A stretch of DNA of 64,000 nt, from the NCBI GenBank assembly GCA_964187785.1, contig OZ076413.1, forward strand, positions 72,354,001 through 72,418,000. Direction: 5' to 3'. This DNA comes from Amphiscolops sp. MND2022 (lineage: Eukaryota). This document shows, in pieces, positions 11,207 through 22,399 of this stretch (its first letter is position 1; each line of letters begins with the position of its first letter). Made by a program: the position numbers and the translations under genes. The notes beneath the pieces were generated by a model, which was given only the letters and a program-made list of their open reading frames with translations, ran no database searches and had not been told where the DNA came from.

Positions 11207-12128
11207 ATATCTGGTATTGCAGATTGGATTCATTACATATCATATACTTACTCCCATTTTTATCTTCTAACCTATTTATTAAATAATTATAATTATCCCG
11301 CCATGCTTCTCTGCATAAACTTTTGAATTCATCATTAGACATATCAAAACCTGCTATGTCTCTATAAATGTGTTCAACATCTTTCAATGTTTGTTGAAAT
11401 AAAATTATAATATTACTATTGTTTCTAATTGTTCTTTTAGGTAAATCAAAATATGACTGTGATAAATAATAAACATCCAGATCATTATGTCTTCCCCTAG
11501 TAAAAAATGGATCTATTAATTTCTGATTGGAGTCTAACATATCATCAAATACAATACAACAATTTTGAAAATCTTGTATTGTTCTATCTTCTAGATCTTC
11601 GTCCACTGAAACATCTATTTCAATTTTATTGTATTGTTCCGGACTCCTCGTAATGATACATATCTTTTGTTCAGGATTATCTAAACGAATTAATTGTAAT
11701 TTGTTTAATAACAAATGGGTCTTACCACAAAATGATGGACCAACTATCAATGTTCGATTACAGCTTTGCTGGCCTCCGGTGAACATAATATTATCATTAT
11801 TATCAGTATCATCATTTGTAATAATATTATTTGTATAATTATTATTATCATGATTTTCATTATGATTTATAATTTCATTATTTGTATTATCATGATTGAT
11901 ATTACATCTTTTTAAATGTTTTGATAAATAAGTTTTATTTAATTCTTTATTACAGAATTCACATTTTACTTTTTTATTGAAACATTCTATACATGTACTA
12001 TACAATTTACCATTTCTATATTTGTAAAAATCTGTTTTCAGTATATTACACACTTTACATCTTTTTTTATTCTCACAATCGGAACAGACAGATTTTTCAT
12101 TACTTTTTCCACAAATTAAACACTTCAT
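11181..12128 (-). CDS. A32-like (FtsK/HerA) packaging ATPase 1 with N-terminal Cys-rich zinc-binding region
   Basis: Walker A GPSFCGKT, Walker B IVFDD, and TRGRH...YLSQ. The N-terminus has multiple CxxC pairs followed by an Asn-rich linker. Confidence 0.9.
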   Translation of the reverse strand: MKCLICGKSNEKSVCSDCENKKRCKVCNILKTDFYKYRNGKLYSTCIECFNKKVKCEFCNKELNKTYLSKHLKRCNINHDNTNNEIINHNENHDNNNYTNNIITNDDTDNNDNIMFTGGQQSCNRTLIVGPSFCGKTHLLLNKLQLIRLDNPEQKICIITRSPEQYNKIEIDVSVDEDLEDRTIQDFQNCCIVFDDMLDSNQKLIDPFFTRGRHNDLDVYYLSQSYFDLPKRTIRNNSNIIILFQQTLKDVEHIYRDIAGFDMSNDEFKSLCREAWRDNYNYLINRLEDKNGSKYMICNESNLQYQIFNPQTDPF

Positions 12129-12271
12129 TCATTTAGTAAAAAATCACTAAATCACTAAGCAAATTCACTAAGAGCATGATGTTTTAAGTGTAACCTTATT
12201 TGCTTAGTGAAAAATATATGCTCTTAGTGAATTTGCTTAGTGATTTTTTACTAAGAAATCAGACCCATTTT

Positions 12272-13279
12272 TTAATTACTTTTACTAAACCTGATTGCTT
12301 GATCAATTATAATTTTCTTAAATTCCTCTTTAAGTTGATCTGAAATTAGTGGTTGTTGCATGCGTTCAACGTAGTTGTCTATTTTAGATTCATTTACTTT
12401 GATTTTATTTTGTTTACAATAATATACATAATAAAAAGCTACATTAAAAGGTGTTATTTCAATTGTTTGATCTGACATATCTTCTAGGAATATTTTAAGT
12501 TTATTATATTCTTCACCTGTAAAGAAATAACTTTCATATTTTACATAATCTTCAGGACTCCATTTATGTTTAGTTGTATCATATACTACTTGATACTTTT
12601 GATTGAGTATTTTATACTTTTGTGATCTAGTATCAAATTCAATTACACCAAATTCTAACTGACTACGATATTGTTTCCATTTGAGATCTTCTTTGATTGA
12701 ATAAGTTTGTATTATGGTTTCAAAGAAACTATCTGGATTATTTGTGATATATAATTTAAAACAATTCTCTCTCACTATTGGGAGAACATCCTTTGCATAG
12801 TGAGCAAGGTATATAACTTGTATATTATTGTGTCTACCAAACCGAAATAAGTCTTCTACTTTAGTTCTGAGTTGTTTGAATGCTCCTGCATCATCTAAAA
12901 TTATAGTTCTATTAGCAAGTTTCTCTATTTCAATATTTTCTAACTGTAACAAAGGTATATAATTATCTTTAAACTCAGTCTCATCTCTACCGAATACTAT
13001 AAAATTTGTTTTAGTTTGATCTAAATAATACTTAAGGAAACTAGTCTTACCTGATCCACTAGTACCATACACCAAAAAATGACTATTTGTACTTGTGTTT
13101 GGTGGAGTAAGTTCTTGTTCTTCTTCTTTGTTAGTTAAATGAGAATATTTAAATCCCTTGAATTGTTTTAGTTTTTGGTATAATTTTTTATAATAATTAG
13201 GTTTAATATAATACCAATACACCCACAAAATTATAATAAAAATTACACATAATAAACCTATATTTAATTTTTTATTCAT
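12272..13279 (-). CDS. A32-like ATPase 2 with N-terminal transmembrane helix
   Basis: Walker A GTSGSGKT, Walker B IILDD, and RFGRH...YLAH. Hydrophobic N-terminal stretch IGLLCVIFIIILWVYWYYI. Confidence 0.85.
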   Translation of the reverse strand: MNKKLNIGLLCVIFIIILWVYWYYIKPNYYKKLYQKLKQFKGFKYSHLTNKEEEQELTPPNTSTNSHFLVYGTSGSGKTSFLKYYLDQTKTNFIVFGRDETEFKDNYIPLLQLENIEIEKLANRTIILDDAGAFKQLRTKVEDLFRFGRHNNIQVIYLAHYAKDVLPIVRENCFKLYITNNPDSFFETIIQTYSIKEDLKWKQYRSQLEFGVIEFDTRSQKYKILNQKYQVVYDTTKHKWSPEDYVKYESYFFTGEEYNKLKIFLEDMSDQTIEITPFNVAFYYVYYCKQNKIKVNESKIDNYVERMQQPLISDQLKEEFKKIIIDQAIRFSKSN

Positions 13280-13293
13280 TTATTAGGAAATAA

Positions 13294-14145
13294 ATGAATG
13301 AAAAGAAAGAAATTGTTAAAGAAATATTCTCTCCTATAATCAAGAAGTTTCAAAGAATTCAAATACAAACTCACTATAAAGATGAGTGTTGGAGTATTGA
13401 TCTGATAGACAGATCTAGCTTATCAAAATATAATAAAAACTACAAGTTCATTTTCACAATAATTGACAATCATACTAAGTATGCATGGGCCATTCCTCTT
13501 AAAGATAAGTCAGGAAAAAGTACAACAACTGCATTAAAAAGTCTTATCGAAAAAACAAAAAGAAAACCTGATAAAATATGGAGTGATAGAGGTAAAGAGT
13601 TTTATAATAAAACATTTTGGGATTTTCTTAAACAAAATGAAATTCAAATTTATTCAACTAATTCAGATTTAAAAGCTGTTTTTGTTGAACGATTCAATAG
13701 AACCTTATTAGATCTAATAAAAAAACCAATGTATATTGAAGGTAAAGCTTGTTGGTTGAATCATCTAGATACTGCTATGGAAAAATATAATAATCGTGTG
13801 CATGGAACTACTAAGATGACACCTTTTGAAGCTAATAATCAACCAATAGATCCACCTACTTTTGTTAATAAACCGAAACAACCCGAACTCCAAGTGGGAG
13901 ACTATGTAAGAGTTCCTGATAAACGCAATTTATATAGTAAAGGTTATACAACAAATTGGAATAGAGAACTTTTTAAAATACATGAAATTAATCCAACTAA
14001 CCCAGTTACGTATGGTTTAGTAGATGAAAACAACGAACAAATAGAAGGAAAATATTATGAACAAGAACTTTTAAGAAGTGTATTCAATTTTGAATCTAAC
14101 AACAAAACGTTAGAAAGTATGAATATTTTCCATCGTTATGAGTAA
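13294..14145 (+). CDS. Retroviral-like (rve) DDE integrase of Polinton type
   Basis: WSIDLID, WSDRGKEF and VERFNRT provide D, D and E. C-terminal VGDYVR...KGYTTNW...GKYYEQEL. The ORF is intact. Confidence 0.93.
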   Translation: MNEKKEIVKEIFSPIIKKFQRIQIQTHYKDECWSIDLIDRSSLSKYNKNYKFIFTIIDNHTKYAWAIPLKDKSGKSTTTALKSLIEKTKRKPDKIWSDRGKEFYNKTFWDFLKQNEIQIYSTNSDLKAVFVERFNRTLLDLIKKPMYIEGKACWLNHLDTAMEKYNNRVHGTTKMTPFEANNQPIDPPTFVNKPKQPELQVGDYVRVPDKRNLYSKGYTTNWNRELFKIHEINPTNPVTYGLVDENNEQIEGKYYEQELLRSVFNFESNNKTLESMNIFHRYE

Positions 14146-14162
14146 TTATATTTAAATAAATA

Positions 14163-14906
14163 ATGTCAATTCATAAATTTGGTTATAGTGCCGAAAGCCT
14201 ACAAAAAGATAAGATTGAGAATCTTGAAAAAGAATTCGAATCACAAACCAAATTATTTGATATAAAACTTAATGATGTTTCTGATAAATTAGAAACATAT
14301 ACAGCAAAGCTGGCTTCGTATATTAATGAATTTAAAGAACAAAATACCGAAATGCGTGTAGAAGAAATTCAATTTAAAAACGATGAAACACAAATCGTAG
14401 TCAATGCAAAGTTATTCTTAGACATTAACAAGAGTAAAGAAGATATAAAAATTAATTTAAAGTATTTAGAACAAGATATTAAAAATAAAATTTTAGAAAA
14501 GAAAAAAGAAATAATTTTGGATGCTGCCAAGTTAGTGGAAGAACAACAAACCATTTTACGTAATCATTTTGAGAGAAACCTTATTTCAGAATTGGAAAAA
14601 TGTAAAAATCAAACAGTCAAAGATGTTATACAACTATTGTACAACAAAGGATTGTTTGACTCATTTGAAAATAAAGACCAAATCTTTAATGAGTACTTAT
14701 ATTTTAGTGATGAATACTTGTTGGAAAAATACGGAACAGAAATAAAGACATCAGATGGTGTATATTATTTATCAGACTTGGACTATTCAACGAGAGAAGA
14801 TATTTTGAAGTGCTTAAAAATAGATGAATACAAAGATATAGTTGACCTTAAATATAGAATGAAACTAACCGATACTGAGATTAATTTTATACTTTTTGAA
14901 GAGTGA
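14163..14906 (+). CDS. Hypothetical coiled-coil viral protein (247 aa)
   Basis: Intact ORF packed directly after the integrase, rich in E, K and L. Confidence 0.65.
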   Translation: MSIHKFGYSAESLQKDKIENLEKEFESQTKLFDIKLNDVSDKLETYTAKLASYINEFKEQNTEMRVEEIQFKNDETQIVVNAKLFLDINKSKEDIKINLKYLEQDIKNKILEKKKEIILDAAKLVEEQQTILRNHFERNLISELEKCKNQTVKDVIQLLYNKGLFDSFENKDQIFNEYLYFSDEYLLEKYGTEIKTSDGVYYLSDLDYSTREDILKCLKIDEYKDIVDLKYRMKLTDTEINFILFEE

Positions 14907-14963
14907 ATACTTGTAAAATTTGAACTAAATACTTTATAAAATTAAGTTTTTATTTAAAGTTAA

Positions 14964-15486
14964 ATGAGTGAAAAATTGTACCCATGTTTACAACAAGATC
15001 AGAATCTTGATCTTAGATTAAAAGAAATAAATAGTTTTTTAATAGTTCAATTCAAAATATAAATGATATTCAAAATTTTTATAATCATGAAGCTAAAAAG
15101 TATAAAAAGAAATCTAAAACATACAAGCTTATAAATTGTTTAATTCAATCTATTGATGGAGTTTCAGTACTAGCAGTATCATCAACATGTGTCACGTTGA
15201 GTGTCACAGGAGTTGGACTTGTTGTTGTACCTATAGCAAGTGTTATAGGTCAGGTTTATGTATAATCAGTAAAATTGCTGGAGAGTACCTGAAAAGAAAA
15301 GAACAACACAATATTAAAAAATATACTCTTGCTGGTAGAACACTACACGACTACCAAAAACTACATTCAAAATGTTTAGAAGACAATAAAATTGATCTGA
15401 ATGAATACAACAAATTAAAACAAACTTACGATGTGTATAAAAACAATAAAACTGAACTAAATTCTGAGTTTACTTTTTTAGGATAA
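14964..15486 (+). pseudogene. Putative membrane-associated viral protein, split by two 1-nt frameshifts
   Basis: Manual joining gives MSEKLYP...KEINSF / NSSIQN...YKLINCLIQSIDGVSVLAVSSTCVTLSVTGVGLVVVPIASVIG / SGLCIISKIAGEYL..., which contains a long Gly/Val hydrophobic hairpin. Confidence 0.65.
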
Positions 15487-15547
15487 ATTTATTCAGTAAA
15501 AATAAAATCAGTATAAAACTTAAATCCTAATTTTTATTCCTATTTAA

Positions 15548-16778
15548 ATGGAATTATTCTCATTGAAAAATAAATATGCTATGGATAAACCCTATTCATA
15601 AAATTGATTTTATTAAATACTCACCTAGTAGTTTAGCTACAATCAACCATAATAATTCAAATATTTCCATCATCTTCCCAAGAGAAGATGCATATATTTG
15701 TTTACAAAACTCATACGTATCATTAGAATTTGAAGTTCTTAAAAATGATGATACAAGATATGCAGATGGTGATCAAATAAGTTTGGTTAATTTTGGACCC
15801 GTTGCTTTATTTAGTGAAGCTAAGTTAACTACTAGTTCAGGTAAACATTTAGAAAAAGTTGATAATCTACACCCAATTTCATTGATGTATAAACTTTTAA
15901 CATCTAATCAACAAACAAGTCAATTGATGTACGGATTTGAAGAATCACAAGCAACTAGAAGACGAGAACTAACAACAAACAAAACAGAAAAAGGAACCTT
16001 TTTTGTTAGAATTAGGTTGAGTGATATATTTGGATTTGCTGATCAAGAAAAAACAACTTATGGATTGGGTTATACTCTTACTTTAAAACGAAATAATAAT
16101 AACGACCCCATTATAAGGGACAATGGTGTAGATGCTGCAAAAATAAATATAAAAGACATCTCCTGGCATATTCCACACTACACACCATCAATGGAAAACC
16201 AACAACTTGTGATGGATCAAATATTAGACAAAGATCCAACTGAACTGTATTATATTGAACGAGTTGTTTTTAGAAAAGATGTTAACACCAATAACAATTG
16301 GACATTTGAATTAGGTAATAGTGGCGAATCAACACCAACTTTTGTAATTGTTGGCTTTCAAGCTAGAAATGAAATTGATTCACAAACACATGATAATGCA
16401 ATATTTGATCGTTTACCTGTTTCAAATGCTGTTTGTAAAATAGGATCAGAGAAATATCCCGATGATGGAATAGAATGTGATTATGATAGAGACAAATATG
16501 ATCAAGCATACAGTGAAATTGAAAACTTCTATTTGTTAAAAAGTGAAACTAACCTACTCAATCCGTTTATTGATTTGCATAAATTCAGGACAAATTATAA
16601 TTTCTATGTATTTGATTTATCCAAACAAAAAGACCCCATCGGGAGTCAACCTATTAGATTAGAATTCAAATTTAATGCTGCCATTGATGTAGCAGACTAT
16701 ATAGCTTATGCCCTAGTCCTAACACCTAAATTGATAAGTATCAGTAGTGATGGACAAAGGCATTTTGATTTATTATGA
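15548..16778 (+). CDS. Major capsid protein (double jelly-roll, hexon-like)
   Basis: ~410 aa. The likely start ATG 15548 (MELFSLKNKYAMDK) is shifted by an extra C in aaaccct into IHKIDFIKYSP. C-terminus FYVFDLSKQKD...PIRLEFKF...YALVL. Confidence 0.82.
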
Positions 16779-16873
16779 ATAAATATAATTTAAATATATA
16801 ATAATACAGCTTTGCTGATATGATAAATAAATTTATTTTTATAAATAATAATTATAAAATAATATATTTATTT

Positions 16874-19800
16874 TTATAAAACATGTGCTCGATCACTTAT
16901 CAACTTCACAAGTTGTTGATGGGTGAGTGCTTGTTTCCAATACCAAACACTGAAATAAATTTCTTCATCTGTTTTCTTGCTACCGTCAACATTTATAGTT
17001 AAATCTTTATAATACAAACCAATTAATTTCAAACAATATATACAAGGGCAATCACCTTTTTGTGTGTGTTTATCCCATGGTAAACTTTGTATTGGATTTA
17101 TATACAAACGTTTATCGTCAAAAGGATTCAAACACAACTTAGGTTGTTTTTCAACTGTGAGGTTGTGTAAATTAGATCTAATTGATATATTTGTAGAACT
17201 TGATGTTTCTGAATTAAACAATGAATTTTGATATTCTTCACATTTGGGAGCTTTTTGTATTCCTTTTTGTTTCGCTTTTTGAATGTTATTATTAATATTA
17301 TTATAACTAAAAGAATATGACTTTGATCGCAATGCTGTGAAAGTATCTAACACCAAAACTGGACTTGTTTCATTTTTCATTTTTCCTATAACTTTTTTGT
17401 TAATAGGATCATATAATTCATCACTTGGGTGTAATTCACTGAAATCAAATTCATCTTTGTTTTCTTGTAAAAAGTTTATTAGTTCTTGGTGGTTTGTATC
17501 AAAACTCAGAATAAAACTATCAGTATCCATGTAGTGTAGTTGTATGGATTGTTTCCAATATGGTTGTAATTTGTTATAATAAAATTCATACATTAATAGT
17601 TTTGATAGTTCTAAAACTGTAAAACCCAAATAAATTGGTTTATCAAAGACTGTTTTTTCTTTATCAAACTTACACACTAAACTTAGAATAATGATCCATG
17701 ATTCCTTTGAAACTTAACTTGGATTGTCTTTTTATTATTTGATCTATTTGAGAATGATCAATGAATTCTAGATTGGTTCTATCTCTTACATTTTCCATAG
17801 TCTTCCCAAAGAAAGCATTATTCATTAATTTATAAAGATCCTTTTCAAAGTTTGTTTTCGCTACTGTGCGTTTCTGAGTATTATGATCGATATATTTACC
17901 TAACCATGGACTTTGTTTAAACTTATAGATAGTATGTATCTTCGTTACTTTCATCCCTTGGTTAAGATAAAACTTAAACATCCTATAATGTATCATATAT
18001 TTCGATTTATTGGTTACATCACACATAAGTTTTGATGTTGGTTTGTAATTAGGTTGATTTATATTATTCATATAACCTGAGAAAAAGTTTGGATCTGCTT
18101 TTGTTTGATACGGACAAAAAGGAAAGTTTTTTGTTTTTTCTTTAATTTCAGCTGGATATTCTAAATCACATTCTATAAAGAATCCATATTCATTATCATC
18201 AGGTATTTGTAATAACTCTTCTACTAATTGCTCTAGATTGTAATTATCTGTGTAATTACACGGATTAAGAGGTAATATTTCGAATTCGCCAGTAGGAAGA
18301 TATTGACTCATTGCCCATCCATATAGATTATTTGCATCGATATATAAGATTTGTTTATTTTCATCAGATTGCACGTGACGATCTCCCATTACACTTGAAA
18401 TTCCTCCACGGATATTATTTTCAAGTAGTAGTAATAATTCTTCACCGGAGGGCAGCTTCGCTGTATCTTTTATAAAGTCTAACTTTATATTAGTCAACTT
18501 CAATCCTGCTTTCCATGTATAACCAGGTAGACTATAAGAGTACAAAGGATTAATTTTATATTCTCGTGTAGAACTTTCCACAAAGTTTTCAAATACATCA
18601 GCTAATTGAAGAACATCCATTTTTAAGTATAACATTGTTAATTCTCTTCCACTTTCAATTTTATTTTTATCAAATAATTCTTGGGTTCTTTTTATATCAT
18701 CATCTGATGGATAAGATTGTGTTAATGTTGACCAATAATCTTCTTTAGTTAAATTTAATGGTTCCTGAAAGTTATCAAGATTTAAGCATTCATAAGGATA
18801 AGCCAATTTCTTTTTAAATATTTTGTCTTTAAATCCATTTTCATCCATTATTGGGAAACTGTCTAAACTCTTAACTAATTTATCTAAACTACTACTTAGA
18901 AAACGATATGAATCTAAGAATATTAAGCAACCTACTTGAATTGATACATAATTTTCCATTGACTTTGGGATTATTTTTGGTTCATACCCCTTTTCGAAAG
19001 CTTGTATTAAGAGTTCTTGAAATATAAGATGACAATCATACCCAGAAAAGTTATGGAAAAATATAGGAACAAAACTTGATGACTTTTGTTTTACATTTAT
19101 GTTACATATATTATGAGCTGCTCCTCTGTATTTTCCTGTTAGATGATCATGATCTCTAACCTTATCCTCTGTAAAAGGCTCTTCACAAAGCCAACACTCT
19201 TCTGCAAGTTTGAATGATTCTTCTTCTTCAGGAGTTATTTGTAATTCTAACTTTGTTTTAAAATATTCATTTGCTTCTAGTTCTAATTTTAACATTTCCT
19301 TCACAAACCATTCGTTACAATCTGTTCCAAAGTGTGAACTATACTTGTTTCCAAATGTTGAAATTACATAAAAGCCTACTGCAATTGGAATTTGTTTAAA
19401 TAATACTTTGGCATCATTTCCAGGTTGATTAATACATTCAAAATCTGCATATACTCTTATTGGTACAGGAACTTCCATATAATAATCTTCAAACTTTAAC
19501 TGATTCTTCCAACTGAATGTGATATTAGTTGGTTGTTGATTTATACATCTTTCCATATGATCAAGTAGAACCGGTTCTGAACTGAATGCTGTTAAACATC
19601 TTCTACACACCCATCGCATGTGTGAATCTTTATTTATTAAACAATGCAACTTTCTTATTAGACAATAGTGATTTTCATACAATAACAAATCTATTTGTGG
19701 TTGGAAGTAATTTTTGTTAATATGAATTGGTGTTAAAACTGCTCCGGTGAGTTCAAAAACATTTACGTTCAAGTTATTAAGTTTTTCGAACTTGGGAATG

Positions 19801-20696
19801 TCTTTAACTTTCATAGGGAATTCCAATCCTTTCAGGTTAAGTTTATTCATATGAATAACATATTTTGATGTTATATTTTTATTATCCTCAACTGGAAATA
19901 AATATGCTAATATACACCATACAAAACAAAATTGATCATTATTTTTTATATTTATAATTGACTGATTCGTTTTATATTTTGGTGGTAACTCAATATATGA
20001 AGATGCTCGAATATCATTAACTTTATATATTTCTAATATAACTTCTTCTATTTCTTGAAATTGAAAACCTGATCCTTCTAATTGTTCATCATCTAATTTC
20101 TGTATTAATGTGTTATGAGTATCTTGTTGTGTACCGAAGGTGCTTTGCATGTGATTATATATTAAATCTGATTTTATCCATCTTTTAAATACTTCTTCTT
20201 CTCCATTGATTATTTTTGAAAATTTAGCTAGATAACTCAATTGATATTTATATCGGGGAAAATAATTTTTACTAAGTAAGTCATTTATGTTATGTTTAAG
20301 ATTTTCAGTTGGATTTATTTTCAGTTTAATGTATGTGTTTTCATTCACAATTATATTTACTCCATTACCGGAGGGCAGCAAAGCTGTACCGAAATCTGTA
20401 ATACAGCTTCGCTGGCTTTGTATACTGTTTTGTTGACGGTTTTGTAAATGAATTTCACTTTGGAAATGTCTTGTTGTATCAGATATATATTTACTACAAT
20501 CTTCACATCATATTTTATTGATGCGGTTTTTATGTTCATCTGAATTTAAATGAGAACTTTTATCTGAGATAGGCATATATAAATTACATTTTTTACAATA
20601 ATATTGATTTAATTTTTCAAGATGTTTTACTGATTTTAGATGATCAGACTTGAAAGCTTTTTTATAATTTAAATTACAAATACTACAATTCTCCAT
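16874..20696 (-). CDS. polB: Protein-primed family B DNA polymerase (frameshifted), with N-terminal zinc fingers and an endonuclease-VII-like insert
   Basis: YADFEC (Exo I), FHNFSGYD (Exo II), YIDANNLYG (Pol A), KLMNNAFFGKT (Pol B), YMDTDS (Pol C). The CWLC...VRDHDHLTGKYRGAAHNICN insert is present. Frameshift at ~17675 and further shifts at 20380-20510. Confidence 0.93.
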
Positions 20697-20879
20697 TTCT
20701 ATTTATTAAAGAAAAAATAGTTTAATTAAAAATTTTTCAATTATAATTTTTATAAAAAATTGGTGAAAAATATTTTAATTTTGTGGTGGTAAGGTATTAA
20801 AGCTTGCCACAGATTTGTATGATAAATACAGCTTTGCTGGCATCGCATATTTCATTTAAGAAAATTTTTATAATCTGTA

Positions 20880-21290
20880 ATCAGAAACTCAAGACCTTTC
20901 CAATGATGTATCACACATGGCAATATCTTAAACTTTTATAATCTCTACATGTTTAAGGGTTTCAGGTTTGAGATGGTATAGTTTCAGTTGTGGGTACCCA
21001 ATCATGAAAATATTCAAAATCTGTGATCTCCAACTCAAGACCTTTCCAATGATGTATCATACACTGTGATATGTTGAACTTTTATAATCTCTACATGTTC
21101 AAGGGTTTCAGGTTTTTCGAAGTTTCAGATAGTATACATTTGTACTAGGTTTTCGAATTGTATCTAGATAGATAGCCCTTGTCGAGACCTTTTCAATGGT
21201 ATATTATACTTTGTTGTAACTCAAATATTCGTTGAGTTATGGCTTTTTTCCTGACCTATTAGTAATCTCTACATGTTTAAGAGTGAAAGT
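20880..21290 (+). repeat. Three degenerate ~150-bp direct repeats in the Polinton right subterminal region
   Basis: AAGACCTTTCCAATGATGTATCA and TAATCTCTACATGTT recur near 20890, 21037 and 21185. Confidence 0.75.
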
Positions 21291-21464
21291 CCGAATGGAA
21301 AAAGTCTCTTTGCCAGTTTCATTTCTTCGGCCATGCTGTTTGCTGTGACTGTAGAGAGAAAAGTGAAAAATGAAATTTTGGTGCATTCCGAATGCACCTC
21401 AAGCATTAGAGTGCACAGGCAAGCCTTATTTGCTCAAAGCGCAAGATAGTGCTTTCAATATCTC

Positions 21465-21812
21465 GGATTCCACGACCATACCTTTAACCGTGCAAAATTG
21501 GCAAATTACGTCATTTGTCCCGGATTCCACGGATTTAGTCGTGGATTCCAGTAACAAATGCTTAGCTGTACGAACTGTCGGCATGCAGCGGTGTCCCGGA
21601 TTCCACAAAAACGTAAGTTTTGCGAAATGAACCAATCAGATTGCAGAAATCATAAATTTCCTGGATTCCACGACCTTATGCTTGACGCGATACGCGGCAT
21701 CTCTTCTTGAATTAAATTCAACTGTCGTGGAATCCAAGACACGCTTAACATCAAAGAGAAGTTTTGTCCTGGATTCCACGACTTTTCTCAATTTTCGTGT
21801 CCCGGATTCCAC
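21465..21812. repeat. Array of eight GGATTCCA(C) motifs
   Basis: Copies at ~21465, 21522, 21543, 21598, 21663, 21727 (inverted), 21771 and 21804. Confidence 0.8.
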
Positions 21813-22154
21813 GAAAACAGCAAAATAGCTTGCCTGTGCACTGTAATGAGGTCAGACGACCATCTGGTGCGTGAAATTTTGTTTGAAATTTATATGGTGG
21901 TAATTTTTCCAACAGTTGTGGTGTCCACTTGTGCACACCATTGAATTTATCAATAATGAAAAATGTGTTCATCATTTTTATATGTAATTTTTCAATGGGT
22001 AAAAATGAAGAAAAAAACTCGTTTTCAATTTGGACACTTGTGTTTTCTACTTGAACGCATTTGGTAAGTATTCATTTTTTCTTCACGATGTGGTAATAAT
22101 TCTATTATACGTCGATGGAGGTTAGTTCAATTTTGGTTTGTGACAAATACTTCT

Positions 22155-22320
22155 TTGGAAAATTTGTGCATCGATTTTTATTTTGTTAAATTTTTAGTTG
22201 CGAAAAAAGGCTAGTTTTTAGATGGTTTGATTGGTATTTTGTGAAAAAAGATTAATTTTTTAATGATTTTACGAGCTTAAATTTTTTTTATATATTAGGA
22301 ACGGGAATTCGATTACTACT
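22155..22320 (-). repeat. Polinton right TIR
   Basis: Ends in GATTACTACT, followed immediately by the TSD ATCATA. Confidence 0.92.
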
Positions 22321-22399
22321 ATCATAGAAAGCATAATAATCGGAGAACCATTCCAGAATCAGTTTCTCTAACCCCTCGAGGAAGTGGGAATTCCTCAGT

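Larger units (their letters stand above)
7850..22320. mobile_element. Polinton/Maverick (adintovirus-like) endogenous dsDNA virus, full length (14,471 bp)
   Basis: TIRs of ~170 bp with termini AATAGT.../...ACTACT (canonical AGTAGT). 6-bp TSD ATCATA at 7844-7849 and 22321-22326. Carries pPolB, rve integrase, adenain-like protease, A32 ATPases, MCP and penton. Confidence 0.96.

Noticed and set aside
21465-21812. GGATTCCAC array as a CRISPR-like locus
   Set aside because: The repeat core is only 8-12 bp, spacing is irregular, and one copy is inverted.
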